64,000 bases of DNA from Botryllus schlosseri (Eukaryota): the NCBI GenBank assembly GCA_051294905.1, contig CM119372.1, positions 15,626,001-15,690,000 of the forward strand, in the 5' to 3' direction. Shown one piece after another: positions 40,001-53,141 of the stretch (positions are counted from its first letter, which is position 1; each line of letters opens with the position of its first letter). Made by a program: the position numbers and the translations under genes. The notes beneath the pieces are model-generated. The model was not told where the DNA came from and did no database searches. It saw only the letters and a program-made list of their open reading frames with translations.

Positions 40001-43000
40001 CGCGTGAGGAAAGTAATGCCTCAATAGTGCTACTGGCAGTCACACGCAGTTCAATCAGTTCCAACAAACCAGGATAATAACCTTAGCGGCAGGGAAATTT
40101 GTTAACTGATATAATTTGATCAACTTTACTTCTCAATTCTCAAAGTCGTCGCCTGTAATATAGCGTTGCACTTCGAGCCTACATTTTACCGGCCGTGCCG
40201 ACACTGCACACTACCTAGTAATCGCAATGTGGATGGCTACGTTTATAATTCGAATTTTTAACGTGAACATCACTTCCAAAGGAGTTCATTTTCCACTGGT
40301 GATTAGGAAGATATTGATTGCGGGCGTGACAGCAATTTTGTTTCGACAAATTTACAAACTTTACACGAGCCCGATTTATATTATTAATTGTTTGCTATAG
40401 ACTAGAATTAGTTTGCGCATAATTTCAAAATTTCGAATAAATCTCTCTCGACAGCCTTGCGAGTCGTAAATGGCACACTAGGGTGCCGCGGCGCACCGGT
40501 TGAGAACCACTGCTGTAGTTGATACAAAAATCATTGTGGCATAATGTGGTCTGAGGTGTCGCTAGGTATCGTGTACCTGTACATTAATATATCACTTCAC
40601 TGAAATGTAGGGTTGGAATTGGCAATATAACGTCATGTGACGTCATAGGTTCACGCTCGCGTTCACACACATCTTTCAGAAAGGTTCGCGTTTAGACGAA
40701 CCTGAACCTTTCAGAGGTTCACATCATTCCTACCCCTCATCACAGTAAGTCCTAAAATTCTATCCATATCCGGCGTCGTTGACCATTCTGCGAAGTCACG
40801 AAATCTAGAGTTGTCATTGTGTCGAAATTTATGACATTAATACTGATTCAGAAAAATTGGTTTCCAAAGTATAGTCGTTGGCGGTTCTCAAGTATGAGGA
40901 AGAGTTGTGAGTATAAAGTGAGTGGTTTTAGGTAGATTCGGAAGAGACGTCGAAGACTTTCGTATTGTCCAATGCCTGTGACAGCGTTCAAAATGGATGC
41001 ATTCAGGGTTGTAATGACTCGACTCAAGTCCGACTCGAGTCACGATTTTCTGATGACTCGACTTTACTCGAGTCATTTGCTCATAATACGGAAATGACTC
41101 GACTCGACTCGAGTCAATCTGTGTATTGACTCGACTTGGACTCGAGTCATCGAGCATGACTCGAACCAAGTCATATGGCTCGAGACTCAGACGGCCAAGA
41201 CCGACATTTCATTGTAATTCCGAAGAATAGTAAAGTAACCATACTATTGGGATTTCGTATATTGATACTGGTATTTGAAAATGCGACCAGAAACTGCAAA
41301 AAGTAAGGCAAATTAGTATATTATATATGCGAACCATTCGACATCACCAAACAAAGTGAGTTTACCAATACCGTAACTGGAAACTGAGAAGTCAATACAA
41401 TGACTTAGACTCGGACTCGAGTCTAAATACCATGACTCCGACTCGACCCTCTGCTTGCTGACTTGGACTCGGACTTGATTCGGTGGTGAATTGAAAATGA
41501 CTCGATTTGACTCGAGTCAAAACTATAAAGACGAGATTGACTTGTGACTGGGAGCCTTGTAACTTTGTTACAACCCTGGATGCATCTTCGCGGCTAACAC
41601 AGAATGACTATAATGGCCATCAAAATAGTTGCAGTTTTCGGAATAATAATCTGTTGCCGTCATACAGGGTCTGCATCGTACAGTTGCCACGACTATTCCG
41701 CCAACGAAAGTGATGAAAATCTATTTACATACAACTTCGTATATAAGCTAGAAATCGTGCATTGAGCTTAAGTCAGTGGTTCTTCAACTTTTTAGACCGC
41801 AACTCAAATCTGAGATTTATTGACATCTCGGGACCCAAGCCTTGCACATCAAAATAATGTACTTTTATTGTTGGTACGTTTTACGGTAATAAAATGAAAT
41901 ACAAAAGGGGCGGACAACCATATTTGGTGATACGAAGGTTCTTGAATTCTTCTCTAGTTTTTGACGATTACCCTAGAACTGTGTCAGAAGAAAATATTAG
42001 TGTTTATTATAATATGAATATATTATTCAAGTACAACTTTCTTTGTGACAGTCATAATCTGAAACATTACAAGTGCTTCGATTTCAAAATCTGTAGAAAA
42101 GAAGTGGATATAGTGTAAATTCGTATAAAGACTTAAGAAATTAGTGGAAATCGACAAAAATCCACATAACTACTTAAAATAAGTAGAAGTACGTTTTATG
42201 TAACATATGCAGGCCTTGAATTGTAGCAACGGATAAGCAAACTCGATATATTGAATCAGGGCACTATCAGTTCTGAACTGTTTGGTTTCTAGTCCGCATG
42301 ATAGGTATCTTTCTTATATCACTAGTAGCAATCCTACAACTATGCACTTTTGATTTAAGGTGAGTTGTACCTACCTGTGCATGACGACACACCATCACCG
42401 CTGTAGCCGGACAGGCATGCACAATTGTAAGATCCCACCGTATTTTGGCAAACCGCTTGATGCAGACAATTATTCGATTCGTCCGCGCATTCGTCGACAT
42501 CTGAATAATATAGTTTTCGCTGTATTAGTATCCGTGGCGTTTCGATATATATGGTCACTTGATCAGGTTACTGCATATTGCATAATGTCAAAATTCTTTA
42601 ACATGGCTCCTGAAAATATTGCACGTCCTAGTATTGTTCTACGCTTATATTGTTCGGATGGCGATATGAGGTGTATAAATAGTAGTGCAGAGCATGGACC
42701 AGAGCCGGATTTGATATCCGGCCGGACTTTTTCAATTTTGGCCGGAGCCGGATCGGAGCCGGATCAGTACTTTTTTTAAAATCCAGCTAGAATCATTATT
42801 ATTGATAAGCACGACTTTTGTAACTAAATACTCACAAACCATTCACACGCAAGTAACCGCCAAGCCAGTGCGAAAATAAACGAGTCATATTTATATATTC
42901 ACGAAACCACCGTTCCGTGTAGGGCGGAGCATGGATCGGAGCCGAATTGAATATCCGGTGGGACTTTTTAATTTTTCGCCGGAGCCGGATCAGAGAATTG

Positions 43001-46000
43001 AAAAACAGGATCGGAGTCGGACCTGAGAATTTGTCGACCCTCTCCGCACCAATAGATGCACCTGTAACACTTGGTGTTGTTGTTGTTGTTGTTTGTTGTA
43101 GGTATTCGTGGTGTTTATCAACTGCTATGGTTCTTCATTTTTTATTCCGTAGATGCCGACTTGCAGCGTGGCCCACTTCTATGACTTTATAAGACACAGC
43201 GCTTACACGGATGAGATCGCGATGAGGAGCCTACATAAACCTTCAACACTGTGGCAGGAATTCTGGAGTCGACCTCGGTTGGACTCGAACCCGCAACCCG
43301 TTGGTGATGCAGCTGTGGATATTACCACCAGTGTTGGGATGACTCGAGTCAACTTTTTCGTATGACTTGACTTGACTCGAGTCACTTTGCAAAAATGACT
43401 TGACTTGACTCGACTCGGCGCTTCAGAAATGTGGATTGACTCGTGACTCGGAGCAAAATTTACGAGTCAATTTCAAGTCATCAATAAGTAAATGGTGTCG
43501 ACTAAATCAATGTATCATGTGTAAGTGTGTATGTTCGGATAATTCTCGATACGCTGGTGACACTTGTGAGAGCAACCAGTCTTTCACTTATTGTACGTTC
43601 CACTTCCGCCGGTCCTCCATTGTTTCATCACAAATAAATTTGCCGCAAACGAAATGGTCGCAGCTTACGGTGTTGTAGTAATAGTAGATTAATCCAAGAA
43701 CTGTTTCTAAGATGGCGCAGTGCTTACATTGCGCAGTGCTCACATTTACCAACCCTCTTGAATCATTTAAATCTAATGAATACAGTTTATGCGTTTATAT
43801 TCTTACGGATGTGTAGATGGGTATTATTGTACCATACCAATTTACCCACCAAAATACTCACGTATTTTAGTAGCAGTTCTACGTGTGCGTGTGCGATACA
43901 ACGACCTTTTGCATGTAGGCCTATACTTAACTTTATATTCGTTATTTGATTCAAGATAAAGGCAAATTAATCTATATTTCACACAGCTGGCAAAATGTTA
44001 TGACTTTGAACCATCATTCATACTTCGAAAATGCAATTTGACTTGAATTGTGACTTGACTCGTGACTTGACTCGACTTGACTCGACTTGACTCGAGTCAC
44101 CTCCAAAATTCGACTGACTTGACTTGACTCGAGTAACCTTCGAAAATCAATTGACTTGACTTGACTCGAGTCAAAATCTGCAATGACTCGAGATGACTCG
44201 TGACTCGTAGGTAGTGACTTGATCCCAACACTGATTACCACTACGCTATCTCGCCACTTAGGAAGGGATTTATTTTGCAGTCGAGCTGGACCAGACTCGA
44301 ACCAGCAAGACAGCCGTGGAACGTACGACTCGACTACGCTACTCGGCAGCAGATTCTCCCGTGAGGGAAAGATTTAGATTGAATAAGTCCAGAAAATGTA
44401 CGATGGTGCATGATGCACGACTTTAAGGAAGGACGCATACGGATGACCATGGACCTTACTGTCTTAGTGTCGTAATTTGTGTAAGCCGAGGTATCGGGAA
44501 CGTTTTTTGTCAAAAGAGCCTTATCGGCCCGATATTTGCAATTGTAACTTCCAAGTACCCATACAACGATATCAATAAACTAACACGTCACAATTTAAGA
44601 TTCTTGATGTCACAGTGTCACGAAATCAAAGTTCACTTCACGGGAGTTGTTGCGTGAGCCATATTTTCTGCGTTGGCAATGCTGTGATGATACAAGCACG
44701 CACTGATCAAACCGATAGCCCCTCATTTGAGCATGCGACACAATGAAAAACGACAGTTCAGCTTGCAACACTTTAGCTTAGCTACAGGGGTCGGCAACTT
44801 TTTGCAAGCCATGCATATTTGCAATTTTATTTGTGTGAGAGTCGTATGAAATTTTTCAAAATTTAGGAAATTACCCGTGGTACTTATATCCAATAACGAA
44901 TATTCATCACAAATGATGACAGGATAATACTAGCTGGTGACAAAAGATTTCGTCTCGAACGCAAACATTTTAATCTTCCCCGAGTCGATCTCACAAATTC
45001 ATGCAAATAAGGTAGCGCATCAGCACAATAAACTATAATGTAAAAGCAAGATGGTTGTACCGTGTCATTTACCGAATTTCCCGTTGGTGGCAGTGAAGAC
45101 AAATACAGTATAGGACGCTCAAACGACAATCTGTATTCCTCTACCATATAAATTCTGTTCACTAATTGCTAATAAGCATGTCGCGAGGTTGACCTATACT
45201 CATTAGCTCAGTGCTCTTCAACCGGGGTTGTCGTACACCCTAGGGCAGTGGTTCTCAACCTTTTTCACCCCGCGGACCGGTAAAATTTCAAAAAATGTGT
45301 GGCGGACCGGTGAACTTTCAAAATTGATATGAAGTCAAAATGTAGAGTACGCAACCGTTTTTTGCAATTATATGGTGCTAGAGAGTGACATTTTATGGTA
45401 GTGAGTCTGCTGAGTCGAGGTAGAATTGCCTTGTCCAGATAAACGTGATACCGCCGAGAGGCGTTTACAGTCTTTCGCGCCGAAGGCCATGGGTTTAACC
45501 GACCACGCCAACTCGAATAATATTCTTCCTTTTGACAATATCGAGAGAAGAAGCGTTTTATAGTCGAATCAAGCTCATTGTCGTGCTACCTTGCTCATTG
45601 CCCACTACCACCAGATGCAGTCTATTCTGGCAGCTATACGAATACAATGCGTACCTCAAGAAAACACCTTACAGCAGCTATACCGGCCATGCACAGAACC
45701 GGGTCGAAAATGGACTTCGTCAGCCCACTCCCAAAAACGTTGGTCTTGGGCCCCAACAAGACGATAAGCGAAACTTCCGGGAGCTTCGGCCCCAGACCCT
45801 GCTGTTGGGTTGAGGTTTTCACCTGTACTAGTGAGCACATTCATTCTACTCAGTGTAAGGAGAAAGTTTGTGTAGCTTAATCGCGCCAACAGCGAAAATT
45901 TTTAATCATTCATGACTCAATCGGTTTTCTCGTGCCGAAATTTTGGCACGCCTTTCGGATGGGTTGTAACAAACTCACAAGGCTTCGAGTCACAAGTCAA

Positions 46001-49000
46001 TCTCACTTTCATAATTTTGACTCGAATCAAATCTATAGTCATTTTCAATTCACCACCGAGTCAAGTCCGAGTCCAAGTCAGGGAGCAGAGGGTCAAGTCC
46101 GACTCATGGTATTATGACTCGAGTCCGAGTCCATGTCATTTTGTTGACTGTTCAGTTCGCAGTTAACGTCTTGGTAAACCCACTTTTTAGAACTCTGTTT
46201 CATGATAACGAATGGTTCACATTAATAATATTCTAATTTTCCTCACTTTGAGCAGTTTTTGGTCGCATTTTCCAGTACGAGTACTAATAGACGAGATCCC
46301 AATATTGCATGTGGTTGCTTTAATATTGTTCGAAATTACAATGAAATGTCGGTCCTGGCCGTCTGAGTCTTGAGTCATATGACTTGGTTCAAATCATGTA
46401 CACTGACTCGAATCAAGTCGAGTCATCCGAATACCGTGACTCGAGTAAAGTCATGACTCGAGTCATTACAACCCGGCCTTTCGGAGTCACATGTTAGCGT
46501 AAAACAATTATATGTGTTGGACTGTTGGTACGTCGTGGCGCGCTAATGGCTGGCGCCGAAATGCCTATTTCTATCAATCATGCGTATTTCTCGGAGAAGG
46601 GAACCTAATATGCAAGGCATTCGGTGACACTAAATCGCACAAAGCACGAAAAGAAATTGAAAAATGTTGGAAAAAGTTTTTAAAAAAACACGCTATGATT
46701 TATGTTCATTTTGCAAAATAATTTTGGGCCTTTTTCAAGCTCGGCCCCTCTCCAATTGGGCGGTTTGGAGTGCCCCAGTTACGGCCCTGCACAAAATGAA
46801 TGAATTGAAAACGAATGATCGCGCAAACCGCACTGTTTAGCAATGAGCTCGTATCTGTTCTGTACTTATCACCTTCAACATTGCATCTTGAAATTAAGGT
46901 ATAAAATAGTAATATACCTGGCGGACCGGCAGGAATGTCGTCGCGGACCGGTGCCGGTCCGCGGACCGGCGGTTGAGAACCACTGCCCTAGGGTGTACCA
47001 GAATTTGCAAAAGGTGTACCACTCGGATGGGGTGTACACTGTACAGGGGTGTACCAGATCCAAATTACAATGAGCCGATGGCTAGCTATCACAAAGGCAG
47101 GTTTATGGGTCATTACAGGTTAACGCACAGGTTATTGAGCAATATCGTACGATGTTATCGCAAGTGTATTACTGTACACCGCTTGATTGTGATGTCATAA
47201 GCAAATATTTCTCCTATTCATTTATCCGTCGGCAATAGACCAATGGTTCCGTTTGGTGTTGGAAAGTATGCAGTTAACAGACATGTGTTCAGCTAGTCAT
47301 TTGCCTTTTAATTAGGCTTACCATATTTTGGAAATCTAAAATTAGGACACTTTTTCAGAAATTTGAGACTTGCAAAACCGGAGAAGAATTCTTAAAAATC
47401 GGTGAATTTTTCCCACTTTGTAATTGGTAGACTAAAAAAAAGGTCAACTTTCCGCTGAGAGCTCAAAATACCGTTTTCCTCTCCACGTTGCTGCGTGGTT
47501 GACTAAAACAAAAAAAAAAGGTTTTCGCTCAGAGCTCAAATCATCTTTTTTCACTCCGAAATACCCGCCGGAGCGTCCCTTCTGTGCTAATTTACGGCAT
47601 ATCAATCGCATTTTGCTCTAAATGTGACCTAAATTTTAAAAAAAGAGGGCAAAATCTCAAAATAGAGGACAAAAGGGCGTCCTCCAACGACACTTTCAAA
47701 AAAGTTAAAAAAGAGGACAAATCCTCTTAAAAGAGGACGTATGGTAACCCTACTTTTATTGATTTTTGAGGAAACCGTCGCGATAGCTCAGACTTGATGA
47801 ATCGGTACTTCCTACCCGATGTTAATAAATACCGCAACGCACATAAATGAAGTGACGTAGCCAGCCAGGGTCGAAACAGCTTCCATGTTGAAATCGAAAC
47901 CCTTTCGTTTTAAAATGCCGATTTTAAGTCCAGTATTTCACCATACGTTTGCAATTTAGTATTTTGTTATTAGTGATGCAAATTAGCGACAATAGACTGT
48001 GTATAGCGGCATACGATCTGAGGTTACTGACATCTCTTGCAGCCCGTGTGCTACTATCGACTGTGTGTGGTGTGGGGCAGGCCTGATACGCAGTAGGCTG
48101 GTGCGTCTGCTATCATCGCTGATCTGAATTACCGCTTCTGCCGCACTAGCTTTACCTACTCTCTCCCCGATACTGTTACATTTAGGTTGATTATCGTTCG
48201 TATGTCATGCTGTTTTTTGGCTGACACGAAATAAATTCCAATTGGCGTGGCGGACGGCCTAACTATCTGCGAATAGTCTCTGTGACCAAATACTATTTTA
48301 TTCAAATCAAAATTTTTGACGGCAATAACTCCGCTGCTACTGGTTGGACTTGAACCAAATTTGGTGAGCATCGTTTCTATAGACACCCTAACACTTTCAT
48401 GAAGAAAATTTTTCAAATTTTCTGTTATTTATTTTTATATTATAAATAGAACTTTCTTCTGTAGCAATGCGGCTACTGGTTGGAATTGAACAAAATTTGG
48501 TGTGTAGGCTTCAGTTAGGTAACCTAACTACTTTATTAAGTAGCCAGTACGATTTGAGAAAAAAAGTCATTTTTGAAGACCCCTAATGAAGGGGTGTACG
48601 AGTTTTGAGCAAACGTTAAAAGGCCGTACCACGTCGAAAAAGGTTGAAGAGCACTGCATTAGCTCATTACAGATCATGCCTGAATAATCAGCACACCAGA
48701 GACATAAGCATACAACGATTCCGTAGTTTCCGCCGTAATTACGAGCGTTTAATAAATCTCAAGTAGTGCGAATCCGTAACCCGATGATTGTTCTACGAAA
48801 CATAAAGTTCAATATTACCGTTGCAAGCGTACGAATCCTTACTTCTGTCTTCGACGAAGTTGCCTTCAGTACACGCACACTTGAATGCGTACGTGAACCC
48901 GTCGCTTGTTGAACACACTGTGTTCGATCCACAGGCGTCAGCATCTGGTGTTGGGCACGCTTCGGTCGCGTTGAAGGCTGCAAAAACAAATTACACGTCC

Positions 49001-49991
49001 AACTTTATCTATGCATATTATTTTCTATTGAATTATTTCACGATGCCATCGAAAACAGAGTGGAATGAGCATCGCAATGAGCTTTATGACGTATGCACCG
49101 AGTGAGGATCAAAGAACTATCAGGGACTGACGGGAAACTCATATTGAGGGTCTTGTGATGTACATTTGCCGGATTGCTCATGATCGATATCGTATGTGTA
49201 ACACCATGAAATACTATCGATAGAGATATCGTATTCCCGTGTGCGTCCTACGTTCGACTTTGACATATCAACTTCGCACTCATTGCTGGTGGATCTAGTA
49301 CAAGGGCGGACAACTTCTCCAGTCGGCGGGCCGGATATGGGAAAATTAAGTACTTGGCGGGCCGGATTACAATCCAGGTTTTTTGATAAGTATACATTAC
49401 TGTTATCGATCAAATTTCAACAAGAACTGCATTAAATATAGAGTATACCATGGCCACTGAATGTATTTTCGTACCTATTTGTAGTATCAATAGAAAATCT
49501 AGGATTATGAATGCGCTCCATTCTATGTCACTCGAGCAAAGTTGAAAAAGTGGGTTGAACCGGATGGAACTCTAAACTAAAGAGTGGACACAATGACGTG
49601 GACTCGGACTTGACTCGTTTGTGAATTGAAAATGACTCGACTTGAATCGAGTTAAGAGTGAGATTGACTTGTAACTCGGAACCCTGTGACTTGATTATAA
49701 CCCTGCAAATACATACAATGTACATACTTTGAAAACTTAGACTGGCTGAGAGCGACACCAGAGCATTAAGTGCATCCACCGTCTCCCTTCCACGGAGCAG
49801 ACGACCTGAAAAATGCAAACTGTCAGCTTTGCATATTACGAAACAAAGACAGCAGCCATGCGTATACTTCCTTCATTCGCAAATAGCGCGTAGTATTCGC
49901 ATGTCGGACAGTCTTGGGCAACGATCCTTGTTACCTCTGCTGATAGCAAAAATCCTACTGCTACAATGTAAAAGTCCAGTTTTCCGAACAT
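28011..49991 (-). CDS. Secreted multi-EGF (calcium-binding EGF) protein, ~420 aa, 9 exons
   Basis: Minus-strand exons 49991-49868, 49805-49728, 48977-48819, 42500-42375, 37798-37673, 37605-37483, 32040-31918, 31839-31720, 28294-28011. All introns are GT-AG and phase 1, 1263 nt total. Signal peptide [25 protein letters not shown], one atypical EGF, four D[IV]DEC...C-x-N-T-x-G-S-[YF]-x-C-x-C modules, one plain EGF, a Thr/Pro stretch and tail ...[15 protein letters not shown]. The EGF exons are secure; the terminal exons rest on splice signals and phase. Confidence 0.82.
28365..29696. mobile_element. hAT element with nested hAT MITE 28480-29004
   Basis: Outer TIR cagtggttctcaacc / ggttgagaacccctg with TSD atctagag; inner TSD atctaata; both TSDs perfect. 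Confidence 0.92.
30150..31290. mobile_element. Cluster of truncated hAT elements
   Basis: Right end ...aagcactg at 30209, atctagag, left end cagtggttctc at 30218, an 8167-family body to ~31103, and a gactcgag fragment at ~31154-31260. Confidence 0.7.
32070..32930 (-). mobile_element. 3' end of a 5'-truncated non-LTR retrotransposon (I-group type, RNase H + C-terminal zinc knuckle)
   Basis: ORF 32321-32869: SLSVLKTI...[21 protein letters not shown] (non-LTR RNase H motif) and [19 protein letters not shown], followed by an A/TAA-rich end. Confidence 0.85.
33685..34903. mobile_element. Non-autonomous hAT element
   Basis: TIR caggggttctca / tgagaacccctg; perfect TSD ttttaggc. Confidence 0.9.
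34918..36566 (-). mobile_element. Decayed Chapaev3-like (CMC/Transib-related) DNA transposon
   Basis: Ends aaccgtgtaaca / tgttacattgtg flanked by tta. Minus-strand remnants [88 protein letters not shown]. The superfamily name comes from my recall of these motifs. Confidence 0.75.
35091..35289. mobile_element. piggyBac-type MITE nested in the Chapaev3-like element
   Basis: ttaa|ccctat...ataggg|ttaa termini. Confidence 0.7.
37817..37985. repeat. Intronic minisatellite, ~42-48-bp unit, about 3 copies
   Basis: Repeated tgtacacgcatgtgtaaatatatgacatgaggctacttgtacat. Confidence 0.9.
38319..40732. mobile_element. gtgaac-family hAT element with two nested elements (38862-39152; 39360-40512)
   Basis: TIR taggaatggtgtgaac / gttcacatcattccta (TSD not preserved). 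The inner 39360-40512 has TSD ctctagtt/ctgtagtt and a minus-strand Buster/ZBED5-like remnant [34 protein letters not shown]. Confidence 0.85.
41004..41578. mobile_element. hAT-like MITE with gactcgagtc arrays (family B; also 45959-46476, 56703-57275, fragments ~31154 and ~49590-49705)
   Basis: TIR cagggttgtaa / ttacaaccctg; TSD gatgcatt/gatgcatc. Confidence 0.9.
42688..43040. repeat. Two direct copies of a ccggagccggat-rich transposon end
   Basis: gagcatgga..gagccg.att..atatccgg..ggacttttt..atttt..gccggagccggatc at ~42691 and ~42928. Confidence 0.6.
43075..44257 (-). mobile_element. tRNA-derived SINE with (ACA)n tail, interrupted by family A element 43329-44233
   Basis: Rejoining across the perfect TSD attaccac gives gtggcgagatagcgtagtggtaatatccacagctgc...gggttcgagtcc; a (gtt)n run at ~43075-43095 is the tail. 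Confidence 0.85.
45209..48656. mobile_element. hAT element with three-level nesting (45246-46985 containing 45959-46476; also 47313-47752)
   Basis: Outer TIR cagtgctcttcaacc / ggttgaagagcactg with TSD cattagct; inner TSDs ccctaggg and cctttcgg. Confidence 0.9.
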
Positions 49992-50849
49992 CGCTGATGT
50001 TTGATGGGAATATTACCAAGATACACTAATTCCTGCAATAGATATGTTGGTTCGTATATCTGCTTGCGCTTTTCAAATTCGATCGTTGGAAAAATCGGTG
50101 TACGGAGAATATCCTAAAAAATCCAGGGCCCTCAACGTGTTTGGCCCGTGGATTAATGTAATTTGCAGTCTCAAGCACTATACAAATAAAAAATTAACTT
50201 ATTGAAACTTAATAATAGTGATATTTGGAACAAACAGGTGTTTGTAATTCCGTCCACCTTATTCACCGATATCAATAGTAGAAGTATGGATAATCGAGAT
50301 CAGTAGTTGGCCAAGATGTCTTCTTGTTAGCAAGGAGCCTATGTAATTCTGACAAATATTGTGCTTGCATCAGGCCTTGTCCATTTCTGCGAAGGCTTTG
50401 GTTTAAGGCCTCCATTGGACAGTGGCGGCTCGTCCTATAGGGCAACTGGGGCATTGCCCCACCTAAAATTCTGTTCAATAACAGTTCTTTACCATTTAGA
50501 GACGCACAGCAATCTATATATACCGAAATCACAGCGAAAATGGTATTCTTCTTGTCCTTTCGCTTGTAAATGCCCATATATAGCGAAGTCTCTGCGAAAA
50601 TCGAATTCTCTTCCGTGTTTTCGCTTTGCGAATGCCTAGCCGGGGCATGCCCCGGTAGCGCTCATAACAAGCTTTCACTGTCTATTCTCTCAAAGCCGCG
50701 CACAATAAAGAAACAGTGATTTACTCTCTCCTATTCATAAAATTACCGAGCAACCGGGGCAACATAGCCTAGTCGCCCTCAAGGTGTGATGTAACAATCG
50801 TATCTATATCTGAACTCGGTAACCGTCATATGCGTGCCGTTTAGTCGAC

Positions 50850-51860
50850 CTTTGCTGGTATAGGTCGATTTTGATGGTGTTTCACACCATGATAATTCTT
50901 GAAACTTGGTATGTCATGTCGTGATGGTGGCATTTAACACTGTCCCAAGTTACAGGGTTTCTACTTAAAGTTTAGGGTAGTAATTCCGTTTCCGAAGTTG
51001 AGTGTGTGCTGACCATCATGTATCGCAAACAGATTTTACTCAAAAGCCGGTATTGGTATACATTGATTTTGACGATGTTCCATACCGAGATCGGTCGCAT
51101 GACATTTGGTACGGTAAGTCTTAATGTTAGTATCGAACGCTGTATACCAAGTTTCAAGTTTGTCACTGTACTGTGTTTGTGGTAATTTCGTTTCCTAAGT
51201 CGAGTGAGAGCTGACTCGTCATTTATCGCAAACATATTTTACGTAAAGCCGGTATTGGTCTCCATTGATTTTAACGATGCTCCTTACCTAGATCCGTCAT
51301 GAGCTTTTGCATGGTATGTCTTGATTTTAGTATCGAACGCTGTACCTGGTCTCAAGGTTGGCACTCAATGATTAGGGCAGCAATTTCGTTATCAAGGTCG
51401 AGTATGGTAGAGATGTGCGCTGATCTGACACTTAGCCCACCTAACGCATTGCGGATTTCACGCAAAAGCCGGTGTATCTGTGTTAACGCTAACTGTGTTC
51501 CATACTGAGATAGGTGATGAGATGATGATATCATGAAACAGTTTACTAACATCCTCGGTTTGCATTCAAATATTTACTTTTATTTTATATTCTCCAATGT
51601 CAATTTCACCGTGAAATTGTGGCCTTCAGGCCATTTGCTTACAATTACAACCCCTGTCAAGCGCGATAGCTGTTTCGTTCTCGATGGCGGCTAAGAGCTG
51701 ATCGCTTGATCAGCCTATTCCTCAATAAATTTTACGCAAAATTCGGTGTTGGTCTGTTCGTATTAATTTTGACAGTGTACCATACCGAAAACGGTCATGA
51801 GGCTATTTCTCGATGATTTCATGTAACAGTGTACCAAGTTTTCGGCTTTCATCCACGTAT
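50850..51860. repeat. Degenerate ~200-220-bp tandem repeat
   Basis: aaagccggt recurs at ~51043, 51245 and 51465 with shared ccatac.gaga, tagtatcgaacgctgta and accaagttt blocks. Confidence 0.65.
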
Positions 51861-51919
51861 TTATTCGGTAATATATTTTCCCAAGGCGATTTTGCAGCAG
51901 ACATATAGACACTATAGAG

Positions 51920-53141
51920 CAGGGGTTCTCAACCCGCGGCCCGCGGGCCGCATGCGGCCCGCAGACGATTGTTTTGCGGCCCGCGACATCTTTCATTATG
52001 AACGCAATTACTACTGGTACAGTATTGTTATGGAAGACCGATGTGCCATATTTGTCGAAGAACAGTTGTTGTAACGAAGCGTAAAAGCTTAATGATTCCA
52101 GCTCCTTCTGGAGTTAAACATATCGCCCGATGTTAAAGAAAACGTTGTTATAGTTGGGTGTCAAGCCCAGCAATCCACATTTCGAGACATTGTTAAAGTT
52201 GCCGACGACGTTATAGACGCATTGTTCAAAATTGCTTGGAATATTGCTAAAACCATGAATAGGCTAGAGAAGATGTGACTTCAATAAAACTTTAAGGTAT
52301 ACTGTGCGTAAATTCGCTGTTTCCGGAATTTAACAGCAAGACCAACATCGCCTGACCAATTTCGAAGCTATATACAGTTGTCTGGATCAACCGTCACCAG
52401 AAGATTAACAGCAATGTCAGTCGATTTTTATCGCATGTTCTTGAACACGTTCCCACGTAGACTACTTTAGTCTGACATTGGACGAATCCACCTACTTGAC
52501 ACACATTGCAGAGCTAATTATTCAGGTGCATTTTATTACACTGGACATATTTCCGGAGGAAATGCTGACTAGGCAAAGTTGGGAAGGGGACCAGTGAAAA
52601 ATATCAACTTGACAAAGCTGACTTTTGTAATTATTGATGCAGCGCTCCGGCCATGTAAGAAAATGAGAAGGGCTGATTGGTTTGCTCAGAAATTAGCCAG
52701 AGCTCTTGACTTCTTTTCATATCACTGAGAGCTCAAAGTGATAATGGCCTCTGTAACGAAGAAGTAGCCGTAATTTTATATTTGCTCGCTCACGCATTGA
52801 AACAGAGAGTTCGGTTTTCTGGTGGAAGGGCTTGGAGGTGCATACACCAATTTGGCAACGAAAGCAATGCATGTTCCATGAAGTGGCTTACTTGCACCGC
52901 TAGAAGAAAGATATTCTCACACACACAAGAAAAACAGCAACTGCAAACTTACGAACGCTGTCCATTAATGCAACAGAATGCATAGAAATGTACGGAATAC
53001 CCGTATAAGACTAGTAAATAGGCTAGACTACCCTAAAATTATTAGTAGCCCATAAAATACATGGTGATAATGTGCTGCGGCCCACAGAGTCTTTTGCTGT
53101 TAAAATGCGGCCCGTTATACGAGAGAAGTTGAGAACCCCTG
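51920..53141 (+). mobile_element. hAT (Charlie/Buster-type) deletion derivative; partial sister copy ~56140-56535
   Basis: TIR caggggttctcaac / gttgagaacccctg; perfect TSD ctatagag; remnant FKIAWNIAK..IQLSGSTVTRRLTAMS. Confidence 0.9.
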
